Assembly (NCBI RefSeq): GCF_009914755.1 | Contig: NC_060932.1 | DNA length: 64,000 bases | Source of the DNA: the human T2T-CHM13v2.0 reference genome, Homo sapiens | Direction: 5' to 3' (one strand) | Program-made: the position numbers and the translations under genes | Notes under the pieces: model-generated | Databases searched by the model: none | Told to the model about the DNA's origin: nothing | What the model saw: only the letters and a program-made list of their open reading frames with translations | Shown: in pieces, positions 15,727-33,362 of the stretch | How positions within the stretch are numbered: the first letter of the stretch is position 1 | Layout of the letters: the number at the start of each line of letters is the position of its first letter

Positions 15727-18338
15727 GAGCCAGGCAGGCAATCTCTACTAGAGCTTCTGGCCCAGCAGTCCCGCTTTTCTGTTCAGCAGTTAGTTGCAGA
15801 CTCCTGTTGTCCGGGGAAACACCTGAGTGACAGGGCAGGTGACTCTGCCTACCCCTGCTGCTGGTAGCCAGGTGGGCAACGCCTGCTACAGCTTCTGGCC
15901 CCACCATACCTCTTCTGCCTGAACTCAGCTGGTGGGTGCAGCTTACGCTTGTCCTGGGAAATAACTGTGTAGCAGGGCAGGGCAAGTGGCCCCACCCACC
16001 TCCACTGCTGGTAGCCAGGCAGGCAGTCAGTGCCTGCTAGAGCTTCCAGCTTTGTGAGCATATTTCTGCCTGCATTTGCTGAGGGGAGCAACCTCCTATT
16101 GCGCTAGAGACACCTAGATGGCAGGGCAGGCAACTCTACCCTCCCCCACCTCTTACAGCCACACCTGCTAGAGCTTCCAGCCCAGTGGTCCCACTTCTGC
16201 CTGAACTCTGTGTGCAGCCACAATGCCATGTTCCTGTGGGAAGCACTCAGACAGCAGATTAGGGTTAAGGTGGCAAAGATATGGCTTGTCTGCCAACTGT
16301 GGCCCCTGCCTGAGGGAGCCCTGTGCACCAGAACACCCAAGAAAAGAAATACAGGCATGGAGACAGTAATCGGAGGGGGCTCCTACAAGACCCACGAACA
16401 GACTAGAATCAAAGCGAGTTGAGTGAACCCAGCTTATACCACAATCAAACCATCAAGGGCATCAAAGAAGATATAAGAAAAAAAAACACATCCAAAGAAC
16501 AACAACTTCAGAGACTGAAGGAACATCAGCCCACACATGTGAAAAAACCAGTGCAAGAACTCTAGCTACTCAAAAAGCCAGTGTCTTCTTCCTTCCAAGT
16601 GACCACACTGGTTCCCCAGCAATGGTTCTTAACCAGGCTTAAATGACTGCAATGTCAGAAATAGAATTCAGAATGTGAATAGGAATGAAGATCATCAACA
16701 TTCAGGAGAAAGATGAAACTCAATCCAAAGAATCTAGGAAATACAATAAAACAATACAAGAGATAAAGACAAAATGGCCATTTCAAGAAAGAACCAAACT
16801 GAATTGATAGATTGGCTGTATAATGGAATTACAAGTATTCACAGCAGAATCAACCAAACAGAGGAAAGAATCTCAGAGGTGAAAGACCAGCTCTCTGAAA
16901 TAACTTAGAAAGAAATTAAAAACAAAAAAAAACAAAACAGAGTGAACAAAACCTCTGAGAAATATGGGATTATGTATAGAGACCAAATCTACAACTCATT
17001 GCCATCCCTGAAAGAGAGGAAGAGAAAGCAAGCAACTTGGAAAACATATTTGAGGCTATCATTCACAAAATTTTCCCAACTTTCCTAGAGAGGTGAACAT
17101 TGACATCCAGGAAATGTAGAGAATCCCTGTGAGATACTATACAAGATGATCATCACTAATATACATAGACGTCAGATTCTCCAAGGTCGAAATGAAAGAA
17201 AAAATGTTAAAGACAGCTAGAGAGAAGGGGCACACCCCCTACAAAGGGAACTCCATCAGGCTAACAGTGAATTTTTCAGCAGAAACTCTACAAGCTAGAA
17301 GAGATTGGGGGCTTATCTTCAGCATTCTTAAAGAAAAGAAATTCCAATAAAAAATTTCATATCCAGCCAAACTAAGCTTCATAAATGAAGGAGAAATAAG
17401 ATCCTTTTTTAACAAGTAAGGTCCTTAGGGAATTCATTATCGCTGGACCTGCCTTACCTACCTACCTCTCTGATCCTTAAGAGAGGGCTAAATATGGAAA
17501 GACTGTTACTGGTCACCACAAAACACAAGTACATAGATCACTGACACTATAATGCAACCACACAATCAAGTCTGCCGTAATAACCAGCTCACTACACATT
17601 GACAGGATTGAACCTGCACATATCAGTACTAACCTGGAATGTAAACAAGCAAAATGCCTCAGTTAAAAGGCACAGGGGGGCAAGCTGGATAAAGAAACAA
17701 GACCCAATTGTATGTTGTCTACAAGAGACCCATCCTACAAGCATTGATACCCATAGGCTCAAAGTAAGGGGATGGAGAAAAATCTACCAAGCAAATGGAA
17801 AACAGAAAAAAACAGGAGTTGCTATTCTAATTTCAGACAAAACAGACTTTAACCCAACAATGATTTAAGAGACAAAGAAGGGCATTACATAATGGTAAAG
17901 GGTTCAATTCAGCAACAAGAGTTAACTATCCTAAATATATATGCACCCAAAACAGGAGCACCCAGACTCATAAAGCACATTCTTAGAGACCTATGAGGAG
18001 CCTTAGATAATGACGTAATAATGGTGGGAGACTTCAAAACCCCATGGACAGTATTAGAGACATCATAGAGGCAGAAAGCTAACAAAGATATTTGTGACCT
18101 GAACTCAACATTTGACTAAATGGGCCTAACAGACAGCTACAGAACTCTTCACCCAAAACCAACAGAATATACATTCTTCTCATCTGCACGTGCCACATAC
18201 TCTAAAATTGACCACACAATCAGTCATAAAAAATTTCCTCAGCAGATTCAAAAACACCTAAATCATACTCAGCAGTCTTGGACCACAGCTCAATGAAAAT
18301 AGAAATCAATGCTAGGAAAACCACTCAAAACCATTCAG

Positions 18339-18950
18339 CCATGGGATGTGCTCTCTGCAGGGGTGCTGGCTGTTCTCCCTGAGTCCCTGACTCCCAGCCC
18401 CACGAAGCAGTCCCCATCCTACCATCCTCCAATCCCTGCTGCTTTCTGACCAGCTTTGCTTTTCATCTGTGCCTTTAGGAAATGTTTTCTCAGGCTTTGG
18501 CAAACAAGGTACATCTTAAGATTGTATCCTTTATATGATTACAATTATCTTGAGTTATGCGGTGCCTCACTGAGACATCCTAGCTATAATTAGGGTGGTC
18601 TTCCCCTTAGGCTTGAAGTAAACTCCCATGGAAAGTGTTCACAGACACAGAAAAACAAATTGACCAAGTCGGCAGAATTCTTAGTTTACAGAGGTAAAAG
18701 ATGTACTTTTCATGAAATCCTAGGCCACTGGTATTTGTTAGGCTTGAATGGAAAGAGGTTTCCCTGTTCCTTTAGGAAAGTAAATTAAGAAAGAAAAAGT
18801 GAGAAGAACAATAGGGACTTTTTCTTGGTCTCATGTTATCCTTCCCAAAGTAGAAGAGAGATTCCTTCTCTAGAGCTCTGTATCTTGTCACGCATTGCTG
18901 GCTTTCAACAAATGTTGAATAAATGAGTGAATGAAGATATTGAAAAAAAA
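18339..18950 (+). other. Non-L1 retro-inserted segment (orphan transduction or retrocopy) with poly(A) signal, A-tail and degenerate TSD
   Basis: AATAAA at 18918-18923; A8 at 18943-18950; flanking duplication aaaaccactcaaaaccattcag (18317-18338) / aaaatcgctgaaaaccatgcag (18947-18968). Confidence 0.7.
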
Positions 18951-20685
18951 TCGCTGAAAACCATGCAGTTACATGGAAATTAAACAATCTTCTCCTGAAT
19001 GACTTTTGGCTAAACAATGAAATTAAGGCAGAAATAAGAAATTCTTTGAAACTAATAAGAACAATGATACAACATACCAGAATCTCTGGGACACAACTTA
19101 AGCAGTGTTAAGAGGGAAGTTTGTAGTGCTAAATGTTCACATAAAAACATTGGAAAGATTTTAAATTAACAGCCTAACATCATAGCGAGAGGAACTAGAG
19201 AAACAAGAGCAAACCAACCCCAAAGCCAGTAGAAGACAAAAAATAACCAAAATCAGTGCTGAAGTGAAGGAAATTGAGATACACACAAAAATACAAAAGG
19301 TCATTGAATCCAAGAGTTTGTTTTTTGGAACAATAAATAAGAATGATAGCTTGCTAGCTAAGTTAATAAAGGGAAAAAGAGAGAACATCCAAATAAACAC
19401 AATATGAAATAACAAAGCACATATTACCACTGATCCCACAGAAATACTAAAAAACCTTCAGAAACTATGATGAACACCTCTATGCACACAAACTAGAAAA
19501 CTTAGAAGAAATGGCTAGATTTCTGGAAACATACCACCTGCCAAGATTGAACCAGGAAGAAACTGTATCCTGGAACAGACCAATAAGGAATTCTGAAATT
19601 TAATTAGTAATAAAAACCCTATCAATTAAAAAAAGCCCAGGAGCAGATGAATCCACAGTTGGATTCTATCAGATTTATAAAGAAGATCTGGTACAATTTC
19701 TGCTGAAACTATTCCAAAACAACTGAGGAGAAGGGACTCCTCCTTAACTCATTCTATGAGGCCAGTGTCATCCTGATACCAAAACCTGGCAGAGACACAA
19801 CAACAGCAAAAAAACTTCAGGCTAATATTCTTGATGAACATAGATGCAAAAATATTCAACAAAATACTAGCAGACTGAATCTGACAGCACATCAAAAAGC
19901 TGATGTGCCACGATCAACTAGGCTTTATCTCTGGGATACAAGTTTTGTTCAACATATGCCAATCAATAAATGTGATTCACCACATAAACAGAATTCACCA
20001 CATAAACAGAAACCACATGATCATCTCAATAGATGGAGAAAAGTCTTTCAATAAATTCAACATCCTTTCATGTTAAAAACTTGCAACAAACTAGGCATTG
20101 AAGGAACATATATCAAAATAATAAGAGCCATCTATGTAAAACATACAACCAACATTATATTGAATGGGCAAAAGCTGGAAACATTTATCTTGAGAACAGG
20201 AAGAAGACAAGGATGCCCACTCTTAACCATTGCTATTCAACATAGTATGGAAGTCCTAGCTAGAGCAATAAGGCAAGAGAAAGAAATAAAATGCATTTAA
20301 ATAGGAAGAGATGAAGACAAACCATTTCTCTTTGCCAACAATATGATTCTATACCTAGAAAACACCATAATCTCTATCTAAAAGCTCCTAGATCTGAAAA
20401 ACAACTTCAGCAAAGTTTTAGGGTACCAAATCAGTGTACAAAAACCAAAAGCATTTTTATACATCAATGATGACCAAGCTGAAAGCCAAGTCAAGAATGC
20501 AGTCCCATTCAGAGTAACCACAAAAAGAATAAAATACCTAGGAATACAGCTAACTAGGGAGGTGAAAGATCTTTACAATGAGAATTACAAAACATTGCTC
20601 AAAGAAATCAGAGATACCACAGACAAATGGAAAAACATTCTGTGCTGATGGATAGGAGAATCAATATCATTAAAATGGCCATACT

Positions 20686-25203
<4,518 letters not shown>

Positions 25204-26785
25204 TAAAATGGCCATACTGCCCAAAGCAATTTACAGATTCAGTGCTATTCCTATCATACTACTAACAGCATCCTTCACAGAGTTTGAAAAAGACTATTTT
25301 GAAATTCATATGGAACCAAAAAAGAGCCCAAATAGCCAAGGCAATCCTAAGTAAAAAAACAAAGCTGAAGGCATCATGCTACCTGACTTCAAACTATACT
25401 ACAAGGCTACTGTAACTAAAACAGCATGGTACTGGTACAAAAACAGACAGATAGACCAATGGAACAGAATAGAGAGCCAAGAAATAATGCTACACACCTA
25501 TAATCATCTAATCTTCGACAAACTCAACAAAGTCTAGCAGTGGGAAAAGGACCCCCGTTCAATAAATAGTGCTGGAATAACTGGGTAGTGTTTGTGAAAG
25601 ATTGAAGCTGGACCCCTTCCTTATACCTTATACAAATAGCAACTCAAGATGGATTAAAGACTTAAATGTAAAACCTGAAACTCTAAATATCCTGAAGATA
25701 ACCTAGGAAATACCATTCTGGACATAGGCCCTGGTGAAGATTTAATGAGGAAGACGTCAAAAGGAATTGCAAAAAAAATGCACCTTGACAAATGGAATCT
25801 AAAGTACTTCTGCATAGCAAAAGAAACTGTCAACAGAGTAAATAGACAACCTACAGAATGGGAGAAAATATTTGCATACTATGCATCCAGCAAAGGTCTA
25901 CTATCCAGCATCTGTAAGGAATTTAGACAAATTTACAAGCAAAAAACAAACAGCACCATTAAAAAGTGGGCAAAGGACATGAACAGATGCTTTTCAAAAG
26001 ATGACATATACGCGGCCAACAAGCATATGAAAAAATGCTCATCTTACCATTAGAGAAATGCAAATCAAAACCATGATGAGATACCATCTCACCAGTCAGA
26101 ATAGCTATTATTAAAAGGTCAAAGAGTAACAGATGCTGGTTAGGTTGTGTAGAAAAGGGAACACTTATGCACTGTTGCTGGTCATGTAAATTAGTTCCGC
26201 CATTATGGATGGCAGTTTGGTGATTTCTCAAATAACTTAAAACAGAAGTATAATTCGACCCAGCAATCCTATTATTGGGTACCTACCCAAAGGAATATAA
26301 ATCACTGTACCATAAAGACACACGGAGATGTATGTCCATTGCAGCACTACTCTCAATAGTAAAGTCATGGAATCAGTCCAGATATCTATCAACAGTAGAC
26401 TGAATAAAGGAAATGTGATACAGACATAACATGAAATAGTATGCAGCCATAAAAAGAAGATCATGTCCTTTGCAGCAACATGGATAGAGCTGGAGGCCAT
26501 AATCCCAAGTGAACTAATGTGGGAACATAAAAACAAATACCACATGTTCTCATGTGTAAGTATGGGCTAAACGTTGAGTACACATGGACACAATGAAGGG
26601 AATATCAGACATCAGGGCCTACTTGAGCATGGAGGGAAGGAGAGGGAGAGAATTTTAAAAACTACCTATCATGTACTGTGCTTATTACTTGGGTGATGAA
26701 ATTATCTGTACACAAAAGCCCCAAGAAACACAACTTACCAGTATAAAAAACCTGCACATGTACCCCTGAAGCTAAAATAAAAGTT

Positions 26786-27925
26786 AAAAAAATGGGCAAA
26801 GGACCTGAATAGAAATTTCTTGAAAGAATACATATCAATGGCCAATAGGTATATGAAAAAATGCTCACCTTCACTAATTATCAGGGAAATGCAAATTAAA
26901 CCCACAAAGATATATTACCTCACAACTATTAGAATGACTACTATAAAAAAGGTAAAATATATGTTTTGGAAATTATGTTGAGAGAAGGTAACCCTTACAC
27001 ATGGTTGGTAGGAATGTAAGTTAGTACAGCCATTATCAAAAACAGTATGGAGGTTCCTCAACAAACTAGAAAGAGAACTAACATATGATATAGCAGTCGT
27101 TTAACCAAGTATATATCCAAACTATATGATTTCAGTGTGTCAAAGAGATATCTGTACTCCCATGTTCATTGTGGCATTATTCGCAATTCCCGAGATATGG
27201 AATCAACCTAAGGGTTCATCAACAGATGAATAAAGAAAAAATCTGGCCAGGCATGGTGGTTAATGCTGGTAATCCCAACACTTTGGGAGGCCAAGGTGGG
27301 AGGATCACTTGAGCCCAGGAATTTGAGAGCATTAAGGTGTGATTGTGCCCCTGTCCTGCAGCCTGGGTGTCAGAGCGAGACCCTCTCTCTCTCTCAAAAA
27401 AAAAAAAAAGAAAAAAAGTGCTATAAATGCACAGTGGAATACTATTTAACTTTTAAAAAGAAGGAAATCCTATCATATGCAACAACGTGAATGATCTCAG
27501 AGGATATTATGTTAAGTGAAATAAACTATGGATAGAAAGACGAATACTGGACGATTTCACTTATATGTGGAATCTAAAGAAGTTGAATTCATAGAAAGAG
27601 AGAGTAGAATTGTGTTTACCAGGGACTCTGTGGTGGGGTTGAAATAAGGGGATTTGTGAGATGGTGAAAAGACACAAAATTTCAGTTAGATAGAATGAAT
27701 ATGTTCAAGACATATATTGTATAACATGGTGACTATAGTTAATAACAGCATATTGTACAGTTGAAAATTTCTAAGAGTAGATTTTAAATGTCACCACACA
27801 AAAAATGATATATGAGGTAATGCATTTGTTTTATATATTGATTTAGTCATTCTACAATGTATACATATATCAAAACTTGTGCACCATGAATATATACAAT
27901 TTATACTACTTGTCAATTAAAAAAT
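26786..27925 (+). mobile_element. L1MA 3' part (continuation of 10917-15726)
   Basis: aaaaaatgggcaaaggacctgaatag resumes ORF2; L1MA-type 3'UTR ending ttgtcaattaaaaaat. Confidence 0.85.
27245..27417 (+). mobile_element. AluJ-derived monomer (left-arm 5' half joined to right-arm 3' half)
   Basis: ggccaggcatggtgg...cactttgggagg...cagcctgggtgtcagagcgagacc followed by an A-tail. Confidence 0.8.
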
Positions 27926-29650
27926 GAAGATAAAAAATTCCTGTAAAGCTTGATCCAAAATAGCTATTCAAATGTAAAATGACATACTTTCTCAAGTTAT
28001 TTTCAGCTTAAAAGCCCTTTTACAAGTTATCTCATCTTATACTTTCAGTGATCCCATAATGTAGAGGAAATAATATTATTTTTACAGATGCAGTAACTGA
28101 AATTTAAATAAGTTAGGTGACATTCAGAGTTATACTGGGGTAGCCAGGACTTCATCTAAGTCTTTTGAATTTATACCTACCTCTTCTCCATAGGAAATTA
28201 TATGTATTAGTTAAGGCTGGCATAATGCTGTGTCGAGATCAATTTACTCATAGAACTCAGAGAGTATTTTGTAAGCTATTATATTTTCTTTATAATATTG
28301 AGAAGCCACTGCCAGAGAGTTGAACGTGTTCTCAGTAAGTTTGTGTTTTCTTGGTATACCACATATTTCTATAGGAAAAAAAATACTGATAAGGGTTAGG
28401 TTCCCAGGGTTAACCCAAAAACCTACCTAACAAATAGGTAGGTTTAATGACAAAGCAGGGTTTGTCATTTGTTGCAACATTATAGCATTTTATCTATATT
28501 AGCTTCTATGGATCATGGCGGGGACCTAAAGCTACTTCTATGGGAATATGCATTATAGGTTAAAACAACTGATTTAGGAAAGATAATTTTAGAATATAAT
28601 CAACTTGAAAATTAAATCTCGATAAATAGAGTTAGGATCAGTGGTTTAGGAAATACAAATCAAAATATAAATCTTCTGATTCGGGAGAATTAAATGAAAA
28701 AATGTATGTAAAGTACTTAACACAGTGTTTACCTCAATAAATGCTAGTAGATTCTCAAAAACCGATAGCTCATTGTCTCTCTTCTTTTTACTCATATTAC
28801 TGATCCTTAGTGATTACCAACACTGCAATATAATCTCCATTCTGTCTCCTGGCTAGGATAGAACTACCTTATCTTAACACTGGACTGCTAAGCAGTGTGT
28901 TTTCAAAAGCCCTTTCAAGGCTCTTCTGAACTGCCAGCATCAAATGTTCCATTCCCCTTACCTGTCTTTCTGGGCCTTCTTGGTCAGGAAAAATGTCCAT
29001 GTGTTCATTCTGATTTTCTTATTTTCTTTCCCACTTTTAGGGAAAAACACAGAGTAAACATAGTTTTATATTGGTTTTAGACTTTGTGATATTTAAAAAC
29101 ATGTTTTATATATCATTTAGAAAATATTTATCACCTGCTGTGTTCCAGGCACTGTTCTAGAAATTTGGGACACTACAATGAATGAAACTATCAGATAAAC
29201 CCTTGATAATTTCTACCATACAGGAGTTTACATTCTCTATCATTGCTATTTCCATAAGTAATGACTGTAACAATCTTATGGCTGAAATACATTTTTGTTT
29301 TTATTCAACACTTTTCACTTATAACTAACTGAATTATAACTCCTTGATTTATAACTAAATTGTAACCTTTTCAGTTATAATTTAGGCCTAACCATGTACA
29401 ATTTTGAAAATGTACATAAATCAAGCATAACAAAATAATCTCTAGTATTATAGAAAGAGTACTGAAAATGAGTAGTCTGTGCTCCAGTTCCAGCTCTCCT
29501 GTAAATGAATGTGCAACCTTGAGCAAGTTACATAAATTCTCCCAACTATGGGTAAAATTAAAATTTAAGATTGGGTTATCTCCAAAGTTCCTTCAGTTGT
29601 AAAAATTTCTGTGATCTTAAAGTTTTCAAAAAGGTGCATAAAGTACCTTT

Positions 29651-31150
29651 ATTTTTTATTTTATTTTTTTAACAAGTCAGCAAACTAAAATTCCAGTTTA
29701 TTTTTGGACTGCATTGTTTTACAGGTAGGCATTAACTCAAAAAACAAAGAAAAAAACCCAGCAATTCAAAATTTGATAGACAAAAGAGGAAAAAAAAGAA
29801 ACCTTGTATTTATTTTTATTTTATTTTATTTTTGAGACAGAGTCTTGCTCTGCCACCCAGGCTGGAGTGCAGTGGCGTGACTCTCGGCTCACTGCAACCT
29901 CTGTCTCCTGTGTTGTTCAAATGATTCTTGAGCCTCAGCCTCCCGGTAGCTGGGATTACAGGCATACACCACCACGCCTGGCTAATGTTTGTATTTTTTG
30001 TAGAGATGGGGTTTTGCCATGTTGGCCAGGGTGGTCTCAAACTCCAGGCCTCAGGTGATCTGCCCACCTCGGCCTCCCAAAGTATTGGGATTATAGGCAT
30101 GAGCCACCGTGCCTGCCCCAAATCTTTTATCTTTGGCCTTTTTAACCATTTCATACAAACCAATGACTTATAGTACAGCTAAGTACATACATGAAAAAAT
30201 TTACTGGAATTCTTGGGATAAGATAGTTTTTTTTTTGTCGTTGGTTTTGCTTTTTTTAAACAGGATTTTTCCTCCTTTGAGATTGTAAATATGAACATGG
30301 TCACACCACAAGTAAAGTCAGAAGTAGGACAGAGAACAATCTGAAGGGTGGTTTGGTCATTGGAGATCATTAAAAATGGCTGACCCAAACAATATGTGCA
30401 AAAATATAAAATGTAAATTAAAAATACAAACAAATTTCCTTTTTCAAGTACTTTTAAAAAACAAGCAGGGCCTTTAGTTCTTTTTCCTTCTCTGTTACAA
30501 ATTCTTGTGGTTTTGTTTGGGTGGTGGAGAGCATGCATCATTTACAGGTAGCACTGCTGGGCCTCTCTCCTCAAAGGTGACCATGTGTTTAGATTCTGAG
30601 ATGGAAATGGAGAGTAAATATGTCATGGTGGCCTTTCAGATATTTTTTAACTTTTTTTTTTTTGCTCTCTGATCATCCTTATTTGGTCTATTTTGGTATC
30701 AACATTGTCATCCTCATCAGCTGCCCATTTGCCCCCAGCAGCCTCAGCTCCCTCATCTTCATCTCCATCCTGTTCCTCACCATTATCTTCTTATTTCTCT
30801 TCCTCTTCCTCCCCACTTCCTTCTTCTTCTTTTTCATCTCTCTCATTGCCAGCCTTCTGATCCTGATTTTCCTAATTAGCCTTCCCATTAGCAGGGACAT
30901 CTCTTCCATTTTCTGCCTCCCCATAACTTCCTTCTCCTTTATGCCCTTGGTGGTGATCTCGGAGCTGGTGTCCACGGCTGCTTCACGGTGGAGCATGCCA
31001 GTGATCCGATGCAGGGGATTAAAAAGAAAGAGAGAGTTCAGGGACTCTGGTGATCAAGCTGCAGAGTTTCCTGCTGTGGAGGTGGCTGCTGTGAGAAGGG
31101 AGCAGGACTGAGAACAATGCAGAGATGGCTTTTAAGAGCAGCCAGTGAGG
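29651..31150 (-). pseudogene. PTMA: Prothymosin alpha processed pseudogene (5'UTR, CDS about 30668-30988, 3'UTR, poly(A))
   Basis: Peptide AAVDTSSEITTK; acidic GAA/GAG tract; intronless; start ATG lost and frameshifted; AATAAA at 29697-29702 (minus); T-tract 29651-29670; TSD taaagta(c/t)cttt (29639 / 31152). Confidence 0.93.
29812..30118 (-). mobile_element. AluS inserted in the PTMA pseudogene 3'UTR
   Basis: Full dimer; TSD-like aaaccttgtattt / aaatcttttatct. Confidence 0.93.
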
Positions 31151-31299
31151 CTAAAGTATCTTTTCTTTAGAATGTGATCTTTTCCTAATGACACTGTCAA
31201 CTCATGGTGGATCCAGAATTCAAGTCTCATTATAAGTTAAAACTAGTGCTAGCACACTGAGGACATTCAATAGATACTTAATGAAATTATATCAATATG

Positions 31300-31789
31300 T
31301 GTTAGATTATCAAAAACCATGAAATGTCTGAGATTTTATTCTATTGACAAACTAACAAGTTAGCCTGCCGTGGTTTCAGGATGCTGGCAGAAGAAATGAA
31401 ACTCTGGGTCAGAGATGAAGGGCTGTTGGTTACTCACAGCAATAATAGTAGCCAGTGTATTATTTGTTTCAATTCTGTAAGCTCCTATTCCCACAGGATG
31501 AAATAAAGAAGGCCAGATTATACCTACACATGCAGTGAGCTGAATTATAGGAGAGGAGCTCTGAGGCTAGGGCGTCAAATCTTTTATAGCATGTAGTAAG
31601 TATGCTTTACTGCCCTTTGACCTAGAAGGAGACATTATTATTTCCAAAGCTGCCCCCAAATCTGTTGCTGAAGCAGAGCTTATCTTCCAAGTGTTTACGG
31701 TGTAAACAAAATAGTTCAGAACAATAAGTCAGTGCATCTTCTCACAGGACATGAAGAAACAAGGGACATCGATGAATTGCCTTCCAACA
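31300..31789 (-). mobile_element. LTR40-like ERVL solo LTR
   Basis: Reverse complement begins tgttggaaggcaattc...gcactgacttattgttctgaactat, as recalled for LTR40. Confidence 0.6.
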
Positions 31790-31825
31790 GAGTATTAGAA
31801 TTATTGTTATATTAAAGGATAAAAT

Positions 31826-31993
31826 AGCTGGGCATGGTGGCATGTGCCTGTAGTCCCAGCTACTCGGGAGGCTGAGGTAGGAGAATCACTGAACCTGGGA
31901 GGTGGAGGTTGCAGTGAGCCAAGATTGCGCCATTGCACTCCAGCCTGGGTGACAAGAGCGAAACTCTGTCTAAAAAAAGAAAAAAAAGAAAAA
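31826..31993 (+). mobile_element. 5'-truncated AluS (right arm)
   Basis: Right monomer plus A-tail; aaaatagct duplicated on both sides. Confidence 0.9.
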
Positions 31994-33362
31994 TAGCTAA
32001 GTTTAGACTTGATCTTATCTATCTCTACCAACTAAAATATTAGAAACTGATAAACATGTGCCCTTTATATAAACAATCTTCAGAAGGGAGCGCACTCTGA
32101 AAGCAACATTTAAGTAAATTCTTGAATGTTGCTGAATACACAGATCAAACATTTAACTATGCTTACTCATTGACTCAAGGAAAGGATGGAAAGGTAGCTC
32201 ATATAATAATTCAAGTGTTTTACATATAAAGTAATTGGGCTGTGTGTCAATGTCTGGGGATTCAGAGATTGTTAAAGAACACAAGGTAAACACAATCATT
32301 TGAAATTTAAGATATGTTTTTAAATTTCAAGAATAAGTTTATTTCAGACATTTCTTTCACTTTATCAAATCTCTTAATCAAAAATGAAACCCCAGATACC
32401 ATATTTATGTTATTTTGAGGTTGTGTTAATAAATATAGGTGTTCTTTTTATGTTAAGTAGGAATCCTTAGCAACTTAACTAGTAGTGCTTGTAAACAGAC
32501 AACAACAACAAATCCTAAAAACCAGACATCAGTGAAAACAAACCAACAACCAAAAATTACTATCTGTACCTTTAAATTTGTAAGCATTTTTTAGAGTTTG
32601 TTTGATAAACTTAGGTTGGTTTTAAAATTTAGCTCAGTGACTCAGTTGCAGCTGTTCCAAATAATTGGTCATGAGCTTTTTATACTAGCTGGCTTAATCT
32701 AACAGAGTGCAGCTTCCTGCGGCTTTTTCCTCTCTGTGACCAAGAATCTGAAATATATATATATCTTAAGAGATTATCTTAGTCATTTATATTTAAGAAT
32801 AACAACTTAGTATGGGCTTAACAAAGAGCAATTTTTATATACTTTTTATTTTAGATAATTTTGATCTGGCTAGATAAAAATAATAGGAATTCCAAATGAC
32901 TATATATTTGAAAAATAAGAAACATACCCATTGAATCAATTTAGAAAATCCAGGCATATGAAAGAAGTACTCCTTTCAGTTAGAAATAGCTACTTTAACA
33001 CTTGTTATATAGCCCAATCACTATGTCTTGATATTTGATTTATTGCTTCTGTAATGATTAAAATTATTTCTCTGTTATGACAGTGGTAGAAGTCAAGAGA
33101 TACATAAACATTACCAGTTCTTACCCATCGAAAGACATTTCTTGTTTAAAAAAAACCCCCAAACCACAGCACCACTTCTTTTCTTATATCAGCAACATCA
33201 AAACTAGAGCAACAAAACAAAAAAGTGTGTTCCTATTATATCTTGAGTTAATAAATGTTAGCTTCTTGACAGCCATAAAAGTGAGTTAATGCCTACCTGA
33301 ATGGGTTACTCAAGATCTTTATATGGGCAGGTATTTTTTCCCCTGCCTTTGTTTTTATGGCC

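Noticed and set aside
15729-16210. ~140-bp tandem repeats
   Set aside because: Appear to be the normal repeated 5'UTR of L1PA13-16
30620-31111. 163-aa hydrophobic membrane-protein-like ORF
   Set aside because: Antisense reading of the purine-rich PTMA pseudogene tract
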